From Opitutales bacterium (GTDB taxonomy: Bacteria; Verrucomicrobiota; Verrucomicrobiia; Opitutales; UBA2987), in contig CBDDEL010000014.1 in NCBI GenBank assembly GCA_965226885.1, positions 1 to 64,000 on the forward strand: a DNA stretch of 64,000 nt, given 5' to 3'. This document shows, one piece after another, positions 24,239 through 35,431 of the stretch. Both the position numbers and the translations under genes were made by a program. How positions within the stretch are numbered: position 1 is the first letter of the stretch; every line of letters begins with the position of its first letter. A model generated the notes under the pieces. That model was not told the origin of the DNA. It saw only the letters and a program-made list of their open reading frames with translations, and did no database searches.

Positions 24239-25040
24239 GGTAGTGTATAAAAAAAGAATGTTATTTTGTATTTTTAGCTGTACAAATAGCGTTAGGCAGT
24301 TTATTCTTAGTGCATGGTTACTAAAATTATTAATTGTCGGCACTGTGGAAGTGAAAATATCATTAAATTTGGCAAGACGCCCAACCATAAACAGCGCTAC
24401 CGCTGCCATGATTGTGGTAAACAAAGCCGCGAAAACCCCACAGTGAAATACACCGAAGAGCAAAAAGAAATGATCCTTCGAGTCTATCAGGAACGCAGCA
24501 GTCTACGCGGTTTACAGCGCGCCTTCGGGGTGAGTCCCAACACCGTTTTGAGTTGGTTAAAAAAAACGACAATCGCTGCGACCGCTCAAAAGCACGATTC
24601 TTGCGGCCCGCCGCCATGATGTCATTGAACTGGACGAACTGTGGTCTTTTGTGGGGCGCAAGAGCGATGCCCAATGGGTTTGGATCGCTCTTTGCCGACG
24701 CACCCGTCAAATCCTCTCCTATGCCATTGGGCCTCGGGATTGGTATCGTTGCCGGGAACTTTACGAGCGTCTGCCACGGGCCTACAAAAGATGTGCCACC
24801 TACAGCGACTTTTGGAGCACTTATGATGAAGTCTTTCCTCATAACCGATCCGTGGGAAAAGAAACCGGTGAAACGGCCCATGTGGAACGATGGAACAATA
24901 CCCTGCGCCAACGACTGGGTCGTTTCACACGCAAAACCCTCTCCTTTTCCAAGCTTAAGAGTATGCATGAAACCTGTCTGAGACTTTTCATTCATCAATA
25001 TAATCAAGAATTAGCCACCATTCCTACTTAATACACTACC
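24239..25040 (+). mobile_element. IS1-family element, copy 1 (802 bp)
   Basis: IR GGTAGTGTAT/ATACACTACC; 8-bp TSD GATTTTCT; InsA zinc finger CxxC..CxxC, A-run frameshift site, InsB ELDELW...HVERWN. Confidence 0.95.
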
Positions 25041-25518
25041 GATTTTCTTAACTGCTGGCTTTTTCTTCATCATGTAGAGGAATTTTGGGGGTGAACAGAC
25101 AGACTTGTACTTTCTAAGTATTAGAAAGACTAAATTTTGATATACCCTCAGATGGCCTAAATGTCAATAATAACTGCCTTTAAGAGGTTTCTGGTACATC
25201 AGTTGCAACCTCAAGGTAGGTTCATCCCCCCCCTTTACAGAAAAAATTTTGATCGGCACTTGAATAATACGTGTATGCTTCCAGAAAACTCCTTTTTGTA
25301 AAATTTCTGGGATAGATGGATTGATCAATACGTATATCGCCGCCTGAGATATTGGGCGACCCCCCCGCCCCCGGTCGAAGAATTTGTCTAAATATTTGCC
25401 AATAATACATCATATTCTGGCAAATCCATTCATCTGATAGCATTTGTAAACGCCGGGGAAAAACCGGTACGGTAAAGAGGGCGCTTTAAAACCGGTACGC
25501 TTATCCTAGAAAGGAGGA

Positions 25519-27024
25519 GTGTATCGAGATATGAAGCAATGGACAAGAGTGCGGCACAAAGTGCTGCGGGACAAGCAGAGCAAGCGCTCTGTAATGCGAG
25601 AAGAGGGACTGCACTGGGAGACCCTGGGAAAGATGCTGGCCTATTCCCAGCCGCCGGGAGACCGGCGCAAGAAGAGGCGAGAGCGCAAGATCGATCCGTA
25701 TGTGGGCTGGATCGAGGAGGTGCTCAAAGCGGACCGGAACGTGCCCAAGAAGCAGCGCCATACGGCCAAACGGATCTACCAGCGTTTGGGTCGGGAGAAG
25801 GGCTACCAAGGGGGCTACACGGCGGTCAAGGAGGTGGTGGCCGAGCTGCGAGCGAGGCGGCGGGAAGTGTTCGTGCCGCTGGAGCACCGCCCCGGGGAGG
25901 GACAGGTGGACTTCGGTCATGCCCTGGTGAAGGAGGCGGGGCAATTGCGTAGGCGGCCATTTTTTGCCATGAGCCTGCCCTACAGCGATGCCTTTTTCGT
26001 GCAGGTGTTCGAACGGGAGTGCACGGAGAGCTTCTGGGAGGGGCCCCTGCGAGCTTTTGAGTTTTTCGGGGCGGTGCCCCGGCGCATCAGCTATGACAAC
26101 TCGAAGGTGGCGGTGGGTAAGATTATCGGTTCGCGTGAACGCAAGCTGACCGACGGGTTTCTGCAGCTACAGAGCCATTACCTGTTCGAGGAACACTTCT
26201 GTCTGCCCGCCCGGCCCAACGAGAAGGGCGTGGTCGAGGGGATCGTGCGTTATGCCCGGGCCAACTTCCTGGTACCGGTACCGCAGGTTCGGGACCTGGA
26301 GGAACTCAACGCAAAGCTGTTGGAGGCATGTGAGCGGGACATGGAGCGTAAATTACGCGGGAAAAGGGCGGTGAAAAAGGAACTGCTGGCCGAGGAGCGC
26401 GCCGTCATGCTGGCGTTGCCGCCCATACCCTTTGAAGCGAGCCGCAAACGCTCGACCTGCGTCAGCAGCCTCTCGCTGGTGCGCTTCGAGTGCAACGACT
26501 ATTCGGTGCCGGTGCGCTGCGCCCACCATCCGGTGGTGGTGGAAGGGTCCTGTCGGCAGGTGGTGATCTTCTGTGGGGGCCAAGAGGTGGCCCGGCACCG
26601 CCGCATTTGGGATAAAGAGCAAGTCTCTTTCGAGCCGGTGCACTACCTGGCTTTGCTGGAGAAAAAACCGGGCGCTTTGGACTTCGCCCGCCCACTCTCG
26701 GGCTGGCAGTTGCCGCAGTGCCTGCAGGTCCTCAGACGCCGGCTCGAAAGCCAATGCGGGGGCGAAGGCACCCGGGAGTATATCCGGGTGCTGCGGCTGT
26801 TGGAGAAACACCCCATGGCGGCCTTGCAGCAGGCCGTCGTCTCGGCCCTGCGGGTGGGGGGACTGACTCGTGAGGCCATCGCCCAGTATCTCTATCCTCA
26901 GGAAGACTACGGGAGCAGAACCTTCCGGCTGGACGGCCATCCACACCTGCGTCACGTCCGTGTGGCCGCCCCTGACCTCGGTGCCTACAGCGAACTGCTC
27001 AAGATTCCAGGAGGGGCTTTATGA
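25519..27024 (+). CDS. istA: IS21 transposase
   Basis: GQVDFG, YDNSK, NEKGVVE motifs. Confidence 0.93.
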   Translation: MYRDMKQWTRVRHKVLRDKQSKRSVMREEGLHWETLGKMLAYSQPPGDRRKKRRERKIDPYVGWIEEVLKADRNVPKKQRHTAKRIYQRLGREKGYQGGYTAVKEVVAELRARRREVFVPLEHRPGEGQVDFGHALVKEAGQLRRRPFFAMSLPYSDAFFVQVFERECTESFWEGPLRAFEFFGAVPRRISYDNSKVAVGKIIGSRERKLTDGFLQLQSHYLFEEHFCLPARPNEKGVVEGIVRYARANFLVPVPQVRDLEELNAKLLEACERDMERKLRGKRAVKKELLAEERAVMLALPPIPFEASRKRSTCVSSLSLVRFECNDYSVPVRCAHHPVVVEGSCRQVVIFCGGQEVARHRRIWDKEQVSFEPVHYLALLEKKPGALDFARPLSGWQLPQCLQVLRRRLESQCGGEGTREYIRVLRLLEKHPMAALQQAVVSALRVGGLTREAIAQYLYPQEDYGSRTFRLDGHPHLRHVRVAAPDLGAYSELLKIPGGAL

Positions 27025-27788
27025 AGGAAGAAAAAAACCAGCTGCTGTTACACCATCACCTCAAGAAACTGAAGTTGCCCACCATCCTGCGCGAATGGCC
27101 GGCGGTGGCCGCGGCTTGTTCCCGGGACCGGCTCGATTACGCCGCCTTTTTGTTGCATCTGGTCGAACGGGAGCTCATTGAACGCGAACAGCGGGCCGCC
27201 CAGCGGCGGATCAAAAACGCCCGTTTCCCCGTGCTCAAGACCCTCGAGAGCTTCGCCTTTGAAGCGCAGCCCTCGATCAACGAAGCGCTCATCCGAGAGC
27301 TCATGCGCGGGGAGTATGTCGACCAGCGCGAAAACGTGCTGCTCCTCGGTAACGCCGGTACCGGTAAAACGCACCTGGCCACCGCCCTGGGCTTTGCCGC
27401 CTGTGCCCAGGGCCGGCGGATCCGTTTCTTCGGGGTCACCGCCCTGGTTACCCATATGCTCGAGCAACGCGACAACCACGACCTGCAGCGCTTCATGAAG
27501 CAACTCGAAAGGCTCGACCTACTCATCCTCGACGAACTCGGTTACGTCCCTTTTTCCAAGACCGGTTCCGAACTGCTCTTCGACGTGGTCAGCCGCGCTT
27601 ACGAGCGCACCAGTCTCATCGTCACCACCAACCTGCCCTTTGAGAACTGGATCGAAGTGCTCGGTTCCGAACGGCTCACCGGAGCTCTGCTGGACCGACT
27701 CACCCATCGGGTGCATATCCTCGAAGCCAACGGGCAAAGCTACCGCTTGCGCGATGCTCGACGCCGTCGCCGTGGCCCAAAACAATAA
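27021..27788 (+). CDS. istB: IS21 helper AAA+ ATPase
   Basis: GNAGTGKTH, LILDELGY, LLDRLTH. Confidence 0.95.
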   Translation: MKEEKNQLLLHHHLKKLKLPTILREWPAVAAACSRDRLDYAAFLLHLVERELIEREQRAAQRRIKNARFPVLKTLESFAFEAQPSINEALIRELMRGEYVDQRENVLLLGNAGTGKTHLATALGFAACAQGRRIRFFGVTALVTHMLEQRDNHDLQRFMKQLERLDLLILDELGYVPFSKTGSELLFDVVSRAYERTSLIVTTNLPFENWIEVLGSERLTGALLDRLTHRVHILEANGQSYRLRDARRRRRGPKQ

Positions 27789-27961
27789 ACGCCTTGGGCC
27801 CGGCTCGTCGGCCTCCGGCCTCCTCACCGACCCCAAGCCAATCCCCAAAACCAACTCCCAAACCCTAAACCTTGACGTACCTGCAATTACTAACCTAAAC
27901 CTTATTCCAAGCGTACCGGTTTTACCCCGACCCCCGTACCGGTTTCATCCCGGCGTTTACA

Positions 27962-28700
27962 ACAGGTTTCATGCATACTCTTAAGCTTGGAAAAGGAGAG
28001 GGTTTTGCGTGTGAAACGACCCAGTCGTTGGCGCAGGGTATTGTTCCATCGTTCCACATGGGCCGTTTCACCGGTTTCTTTTCCCACGGATCGGTTATGA
28101 GGAAAGACTTCATCATAAGTGCTCCAAAAGTCGCTGTAGGTGGCACATCTTTTGTAGGCCCGTGGCAGACGCTCGTAAAGTTCCCGGCAACGATACCAAT
28201 CCCGAGGCCCAATGGCATAGGAGAGGATTTGACGGGTGCGTCGGCAAAGAGCGATCCAAACCCATTGGGCATCGCTCTTGCGCCCCACAAAAGACCACAG
28301 TTCGTCCAGTTCAATGACATCATGGCGGCGGGCCGCAAGAATCGTGCTTTTGAGCGGTCGCAGCGATTGTCGTTTTTTTTAACCAACTCAAAACGGTGTT
28401 GGGACTCACCCCGAAGGCGCGCTGTAAACCGCGTAGACTGCTGCGTTCCTGATAGACTCGAAGGATCATTTCTTTCTGCTCTTCGGTGTATTTCACTGTG
28501 GGGTTTTCGCGGCTTTGTTTACCACAATCATGGCAGCGGTAGCGCTGTTTATGGTTGGGCGTCTTGCCAAATTTAATGATATTTTCACTTCCACAGTGCC
28601 GACAATTAATAATTTTAGTAACCATGCACTAAGAATAAACTGCCTAACGCTATTTGTACAGCTAAAAATACAAAATAACATTCTTTTTTTATACACTACC
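27962..28700 (-). mobile_element. IS1-family element, copy 2, right end truncated by IS21
   Basis: Reverse complement of copy 1; last about 63 bp including the right IR are missing. Confidence 0.92.
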
Positions 28701-29090
28701 CGCTTGTAGACCAGTAATTCCATACAAAACCGGGTAAATTGCCCTGGCCCGGAATTAAAATAGGGCAACACATGATCCCGTAGTTAATGGAGAGCTCCAG
28801 GCCAGTTGCTGCGTGATTCATAGGATGAAGAAGATGGCGCCGTTAACGTTTAATGCCAAAACCGTTAGCGCTACCAGAGAGTTGAGATTGAGGTTTTTAG
28901 AGATATCCATGTTCAATTCTCCCTCAGGTTTCTACCTTATTCATCTCCATCTCAGACCACTTCGCTCGGGTCTTGATCCGGTCTGAACTGCTTGCCAAAT
29001 CGGATAACGGCTTCCGTAACACGCTTTTTCCTCCGAGTCGTTTCAGTCAATCGAGTCGTTTGCCCCTTAAATTCTACACCGCAAAGAAGA

Positions 29091-29190
29091 TATGAGCCGG
29101 GATTTCTCATGTGAGCATTCATAATGGTTGAAAATACCTACATTCCAATAATTCAATCCATCTTAATGCATATTTCGTGATTCAGCAATC
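29091..29190 (-). repeat. Diverged copy of the MTAP-like gene start and promoter (20151-20250)
   Basis: Ungapped, about 75/100 identical by manual count; encodes MNAHMRN; TTGCTG-17-TAAGAT. Confidence 0.8.
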
Positions 29191-29318
29191 TTATCCTTCG
29201 TAATTATATGATTTAATCGGCAGAATTAAGCGATTAATGATAATTTTCCTTTTACTCGGTAAAATCGGGGAAAGGCCATTCCCTTTGTTGGAGGTTGTCA
29301 CAGCACTGGTTTCTTTAG

Positions 29319-30887
29319 CCCGGATATTTCGTAAAAAAAGTATCGTTGATATGCTTAACTGCTGATATACAGCAGGATAGATCAATAATTAAAGCAATAT
29401 CAGCGATGACAAAAGGTAAACAATTAAAGCTACAGTTGACAAGGGTAAAAGGCCGCCGTGTGCGGGTTGATTTCAAGGGCGGAGAGGTTACTTCGGATGC
29501 CGGACTGCTTTTGATCCGGGAAGTGGATCGGCAGTTGGGCTTGACCGAACGAGCGGCCCGACAGTTAGTGGACAAACGGCAGAAGGGCAAAGTACGCCAT
29601 GAGGTATTGGGGATGCTGCGGCAGCGCGTTTACGGGCTGGTGGCGGGCTATGAGGATTTGAACGACTTTGATACCCTGCGCCACGATCCATTGTTGCAAA
29701 CGGTAACGGGGCGCATTGAAACGTTGGCCAGCGCGCCGACTTTGTGTCGTTTTGAAAACGGGCAGGATCGGCGGGCGGCCTTTGCGGTAAACGAGCTGTT
29801 GGTCGAACAGTTCATGGGCTCCTTTGCCGAGGAACCCGAAGAGATCATCCTGGACTTTGACGGCACCGACAATCCGGTGCACGGGCTCCAGGAGGGACGT
29901 TTTTTCCACGGTTATTATGATCATTACTGTTTTCTGCCGCTATATGCTTTTTGCGGTGATCAGCTGCTGGTGGCCTACCTGCGGCCGAGCAAGATCGATG
30001 CCAGCAAGCATGCCGGGGCCATCCTCAAATTGCTGGTTAAACGGATTCGCCAAAGCTGGCCCCGTACGCGGATTATTTGGCGCGCCGACAGTGGATTTTG
30101 TCGAGACCGGATACTCTCTTGGTGCGACCGCAACGAAGTTAGTTACATCGTGGGGATGGCTCGCAATGCACGCTTGCAGCAAGACGCCCAGCAGTTGCAA
30201 AAGCAGGCCAAAGAATGGTTCGAACTAAGGGGTAAAAAACAACGGTTATTCCAGGACTTCGTCTATGCTGCCGATTCGTGGCGATGGCTGCGGTTGGTCA
30301 TCCATAAAGCCGAACACACCGCACAGGGGTCCAACCCGCGCTTCGTGGTGACGAACCTGCCGGGCGATCCCCAGGAGCTTTACGACAAGGTATACTGTGG
30401 CCGCGGTGAAATGGAGAACCGAATCAAGGAACAGATGCAATTGTTCAGCGAGCGCACCAGCGCCCATCAATGGTGGGCCAATCAGTGGCGATTGCTCTTG
30501 TCGGCGCTGGCCTACACCTTGATGGAAGCCATGCGCCGGTTAGCCTTAAAAGGGACGAAGTGGGCGCGGGCCCAATGCCACACCCTGCGGCTCAAATTAA
30601 TCAAGATCGGAGCGGTCATCGTGCGCAACACCCGAACGATTCACTTTCACCTAAGTGAGAGTTATCCTTGGGCCAGTCTTTTCAACCATGCGGCCCGCCG
30701 ATTGGTGCCAACCATTGGTGCCAACCTAAAGGGTGCCCCCGGCACTACCGAACCAATGGGGGAAAGGGGGCAGTGTCTCTACACCCTGAAAAACACCTAA
30801 AAATCAAGACGATCTGCTCAAAATACAAAGAAATCCATCTCCAATAGCAATAACGAGCCAAACTTTACCCTTCATGAAATATCCGGG
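29319..30887 (+). mobile_element. IS1380-family element, complete copy
   Basis: IR CCCGGATATTTC / GAAATATCCGGG; 4-bp TSD TTAG; transposase 29346(or 29406)-30800 with GYEDLND, LDFD, RADSGF, RGEMENRIKE. Confidence 0.95.
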
Positions 30888-30977
30888 TTAGTATCAAAAA
30901 ATCCTCATTTACACCCCGAGTCGAGCACCAGTCGCAATAGCTCTACTCGCATCAATACGGCCCGGAACAATTTTCCT

Positions 30978-31027
30978 GATATTGTCACCTCAGCCATGAG
31001 GAGATATTGTCACCTCAGCCATGAGGA
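30978..31027. repeat. Perfect 25-bp tandem duplication GATATTGTCACCTCAGCCATGAGGA x2
   Basis: Read directly. Confidence 0.95.
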
Positions 31028-31037
31028 AGGTGAACTG

Positions 31038-32370
31038 TGAAATGGACGGGGAAAACTGGACAGTGGAATAAGGTGGTCTTGAACCACTAAATCCGCTAAC
31101 CTATGAATGTTATTAAATCACGAAAGAGAAGACAATACAGTGCTGAGTTTAAAGCCCGAGTGGCCCTGGAAGCCATCAGGGGCGCTCATACCATCAACGA
31201 GATCGCCGGTCGTTTTGAGGTGCATCCCAACCAGGTGACCCAATGGAAGAAGCAGCTTTTGCAGGGAGCAACGGAGCTGTTTTCGCGCCAGCGGCAGACT
31301 CTCAGCAAGGACAACGAGACGGAAAAAGATCACCTTTACCAGGAGATTGGAAAGCTGAAAGTAGAATGCGATTGGCTAAAAAAAAAGTCTGAACAATTCG
31401 GTTGGTGAGAGGCGCAAGATGGTGCAACCACTTCAAGGAAAAATCAGTATCGGCAGGCAATGTCAGTTGCTGGGGCTGGCCCGCGGCAGCTATTACTATC
31501 GGGCCCGTGCCCAGTGCGAGCAGAACGTTCTCTACATGCATCGCATGGATGAGCTCTACACCCAATATCCGTTTTTTGGTTCTCGCCGGATGACCCAGTG
31601 GCTGCGTCGAGAGGGCCATGCAGTGGGACGAGGCCGCATCCAGCGGCTCATGCGCCAAATGGGCCTGGAGGCTATTTATCCGCGTCGAAACTTGAGCCAG
31701 GGGCACCGGCAGCACCGCATTTTCCCTTATCTGCTGCGGGGTTTGGCGGTCGAGCGGCCCGACCAGGTATGGTGCAGCGACATCACTTACCTGCGGCTGA
31801 GCCGAGGATTCCTTTTCTTGACCGTGGTGTTGGACTGGTTCAGCCGCTACGTGTTGAGCTGGCAGCTTTCCAACACCCTGGAGAGCCGCTTCTGTGTGCT
31901 CGCCCTGGAGGAAGCTCTGAGGCGGGCCCAACCTCAAATCTTCAACACCGATCAAGGCAGCCAGTTTACCGGCAGCGAGTTCACCTCGGTGCTGGGGCAA
32001 GCCGGGGTGCGCATCAGCATGGACGGGCGTGGCCGCTACCTGGACAACATATTTGTTGAACGCTTTTGGAGAACCCTCAAGTATGAAGACATTTACCTGC
32101 GCGAATACGCCACGGCAAAGGAAGCCAGCGAAGGGATAGCCCGCTACCTGGACTTCTACAACCACCTGCGCCCCCACCAAGCCCTGGGCTACCGGACCCC
32201 GGCCGAAGTCCATGCAATCGGAGCAAAACCAACCTCCCCGCCAATACAGCTTGCGGGCACCTGCGTGCCCGTCTTTGGCTAAGGACAAAATATATTTTTA
32301 AAAAATAATATGAACACGATTTCCACCTTAATCCCACGTCAAAATTGTCCAAACAACCCCGTCCACTTCA
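31038..32370 (+). mobile_element. IS3-family element A, copy 2 (intact)
   Basis: Same IRs as copy 1; 3-bp TSD CTG; orfA 31103-31408, A-run frameshift site, orfB to 32282 with WCSDITY, NTDQGSQF, DNIFVERFW. Confidence 0.95.
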
Positions 32371-32664
32371 CTGCTTGGCATGGTGGATCATCTTTGATTC
32401 AAAGCGGCTCATTTCACTGGTCGAAGCGGCCAGTTTCCATTCGCTACGACCCCCGGCAATCTGCCTCACGACGGGAATAAGCAAAGAATTACGCAGACGA
32501 ACACAAGGTCGGAAAGAGGCTATCGAGCGCTATGGAAACCTCATTTGTGGTGGAAAAAATGGAGAATCACTTATATGATGTCGTGTTTCAAAACCGATTG
32601 ATGATGGAAAAAAAAGCGGATTGACCGGAAAGAAGAAAAAAAAGCTTGCCACGCTTAATTATAA

Positions 32665-32679
32665 TTAGAATAATTCTAA
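32665..32679. promoter_or_regulatory. Fur/PerR-type 7-1-7 operator upstream of ferritin
   Basis: Perfect palindrome TTAGAAT-A-ATTCTAA 27 bp before the ferritin ATG. Confidence 0.6.
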
Positions 32680-32706
32680 ATAATAAACCTATTCAAAAAT
32701 AAAATT

Positions 32707-33213
32707 ATGATCAGCAAAAGAGTCGAAGAAGCCTTGAACCATCAAATCAACAACGAGCTGGCCTCGTATTATTCCTATCTGGGAATGGTGGCATTTCTGG
32801 AATCCACTCCCTATAAAGGATTTGCGACTTGGATGCGCTTGCAGGCGGAAGAAGAGCAAGTTCATGCCATGAAGATTTTCGATTATCTCAACGACCGTGG
32901 CGGCAAGGTAGTATTGCAGGCAGTAATACAACCGCAGACAGATTATTCGTCTCCGCTGGAAATCTTCTCCAATAGTTTAGAGCAGGAGATCGAGGTCACG
33001 AGCCAGATCAATGATCTATTTTTATTGGCTCAGGAAGAAAAGGACTTTACCACCCTCGAATTTCTAGGCTGGTTCTTGACCGAGCAGGTGGAGGAGGAAA
33101 AATCCGCGCAGGACATGGTGGACTTGCTAGAGTTGGCCAAGGATAGCGTAAATGCGCTACTGCGAATCGATTCGCAAGCCGGCCAGAGATCATTGGTAGG
33201 TTCGCAGGCTTGA
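32707..33213 (+). CDS. ftn: Non-heme ferritin
   Basis: NELASYYSY, QAEEEQVHA, EQEIEVT, WFLTEQVEEE ferroxidase ligands. Confidence 0.93.
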   Translation: MISKRVEEALNHQINNELASYYSYLGMVAFLESTPYKGFATWMRLQAEEEQVHAMKIFDYLNDRGGKVVLQAVIQPQTDYSSPLEIFSNSLEQEIEVTSQINDLFLLAQEEKDFTTLEFLGWFLTEQVEEEKSAQDMVDLLELAKDSVNALLRIDSQAGQRSLVGSQA

Positions 33214-33253
33214 AACATTGCCGGCTGCCGCAAAAGAATGGGAATGATCAAAT

Positions 33254-34155
33254 TCAAGGGCGTGTAAACCTGAGTTTTTCCGCGCGGGATTTATTTGTCA
33301 TCCGGTCATAAATCCAGCCATAGGTTGCTTCCATCCCATCTTTCAGCTTGGTCGAAGGTTTCCATTGAAATAGTGATTTTATGAGGGTGTTGTCGCTGTT
33401 ACGGCCGTTGACGCCCTTGGGAGCGTCCAAATTGTAGGTTCGCTTCAACTTTACTCCGGCTATGGCCTCAACGATATCGACGAGTCCATTGATGGTAACC
33501 AGTTCGCCGCTGCCGATGTTGAGAGGCTCCTGAAAATGGCTGCCCATGAGCAGATCGATTCCCTTGAGACAATCGTCGATAAACGTAAAGCTGCGCGTTT
33601 GCTTTCCGTCGCCCCAGATTTCAATTTCCAGGGAATTATTGAGGGTAGCGTCTATCATTTTTCGGCAAATGGCGGCGGGTGCTTTTTCGCGGCCTCCATC
33701 GTATGTTCCTTCGGGGCCGTAAACATTGTGAAAACGGGCCACCGCGATTTCCAGGCCGAAGTCCTCGTGGTAGTGCCGGCACATGCGTTCGCTGAAAAGT
33801 TTTTCCCATCCGTAACCATCCTCCGGCATGGCAGGGTAGGCGTCCGCTTCGGCCAGGGGGGTGACATCTTCACTTATTTGTTTGTCGGCGGCATAGACGC
33901 AGGCCGATGAGGCATAGAAAAACTTACTCACGCCGGCTTTGCGGGAAGCTTCCAACAGGTGGGTGTTGATGAGCACGCTCAACATGCAGAGAACTTTGTT
34001 ATTTTCGATGAATCCCATGCCGCCCATGTCGGCGGCCAAATTGTAAACGATTTCGGCGTCTTCGACCGTTTTTTGGCAGGCTTCCTCTTTTTGCAAATTG
34101 AGAACCAGATTATCCACATCATCAAACCTCTGAAACCAATGCTCCAGAGGTTTAA
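33254..34155 (-). pseudogene. NAD-dependent epimerase (GDP-mannose 3,5-epimerase-like), 5'-truncated by IS1380
   Basis: NLAADMGGMGFIE, YGWEK, REKAPAA; GxxGxxG motif missing; ORF-track N-terminus is IS sequence. Confidence 0.88.
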
Positions 34156-34629
34156 CCCGGATATTTCGTAAAAAAAGTATCGTTGATATGCTTAACTGCT
34201 GATATACAGCAGGATAGATCAATAATTAAAGCAATATCAGCGATGACAAAAGGTAAACAATTAAAGCTACAGTTGACAAGGGTAAAAGGCCGCCGTGTGC
34301 GGGTTGATTTCAAGGGCGGAGAGGTTACTTCGGATGCCGGACTGCTTTTGATCCGGGAAGTGGATCGGCAGTTGGGCTTGACCGAACGAGCGGCCCGACA
34401 GTTAGTGGACAAACGGCAGAAGGGCAAAGTACGCCATGAGGTATTGGGGATGCTGCGGCAGCGCGTTTACGGGCTGGTGGCGGGCTATGAGGATTTGAAC
34501 GACTTTGATACCCTGCGCCACGATCCATTGTTGCAAACGGTAACGGGGCGCATTGAAACGTTGGCCAGCGCGCCGACTTTGTGTCGTTTTGAAAACGGGC
34601 AGGATCGGCGGGCGGCCTTTGCGGTAAAC
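34156..34629 (+). mobile_element. IS1380-family element, left fragment cut by IS1
   Basis: Matches the left end of the 29319 copy up to the IS1 junction; flank TTAA. Confidence 0.92.
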
Positions 34630-35431
34630 GGTAGTGTATAAAAAAAGAATGTTATTTTGTATTTTTAGCTGTACAAATAGCGTTAGGCAGTTTATTCTTA
34701 GTGCATGGTTACTAAAATTATTAATTGTCGGCACTGTGGAAGTGAAAATATCATTAAATTTGGCAAGACGCCCAACCATAAACAGCGCTACCGCTGCCAT
34801 GATTGTGGTAAACAAAGCCGCGAAAACCCCACAGTGAAATACACCGAAGAGCAAAAAGAAATGATCCTTCGAGTCTATCAGGAACGCAGCAGTCTACGCG
34901 GTTTACAGCGCGCCTTCGGGGTGAGTCCCAACACCGTTTTGAGTTGGTTAAAAAAAACGACAATCGCTGCGACCGCTCAAAAGCACGATTCTTGCGGCCC
35001 GCCGCCATGATGTCATTGAACTGGACGAACTGTGGTCTTTTGTGGGGCGCAAGAGCGATGCCCAATGGGTTTGGATCGCTCTTTGCCGACGCACCCGTCA
35101 AATCCTCTCCTATGCCATTGGGCCTCGGGATTGGTATCGTTGCCGGGAACTTTACGAGCGTCTGCCACGGGCCTACAAAAGATGTGCCACCTACAGCGAC
35201 TTTTGGAGCACTTATGATGAAGTCTTTCCTCATAACCGATCCGTGGGAAAAGAAACCGGTGAAACGGCCCATGTGGAACGATGGAACAATACCCTGCGCC
35301 AACGACTGGGTCGTTTCACACGCAAAACCCTCTCCTTTTCCAAGCTTAAGAGTATGCATGAAACCTGTCTGAGACTTTTCATTCATCAATATAATCAAGA
35401 ATTAGCCACCATTCCTACTTAATACACTACC
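34630..35431 (+). mobile_element. IS1-family element, copy 3 (no TSD)
   Basis: Same sequence and IRs as copy 1; flanks unrelated to each other. Confidence 0.95.

Larger units (their letters stand above)
21074..25073 (-). pseudogene. IPTL-CTERM surface protein split by IS1 and IS3 elements
   Basis: Pieces 25073-25041, 24230-23886 and 21319-21074 join in frame: MMKKKPAVKKIIDLK...AAEAAIQYSG...KYDQ | GVRF...HFGWIQV...DWAWE...IPTLNEWGVIVLMTLLAGAAAWKMNK. Confidence 0.85.
25445..27961 (+). mobile_element. IS21-family element
   Basis: IRs TGTAAACGCCGGG / CCCGGCGTTTACA with repeated AAACCGGTAC subterminal motifs; no TSD. Confidence 0.93.

Noticed and set aside
24363..25007. 214-aa antisense ORF present in each IS1 copy, and long antisense ORFs over rpsA, acs and the flavoprotein
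   Set aside because: Shadow frames of recognisable genes; recurrence explained by IS copy identity
30978..31027. 25-bp direct repeat as a CRISPR remnant
   Set aside because: Two adjacent copies, no spacer, no cas genes
28701..32630. Genes in the short inter-IS spacers (28701-29318, 30888-31037, 32371-32630)
   Set aside because: All frames broken by stops; no family recognisable by eye
33254..34222. Intact 322-aa epimerase from the ORF track
   Set aside because: First about 22 aa are read out of the IS1380 end (same peptide at 29385 and 63209); NAD-binding motif absent
29319..34629. IS1380 composite transposon carrying ferritin
   Set aside because: The left copy has its own TTAG TSD and the right copy is truncated, indicating independent insertions
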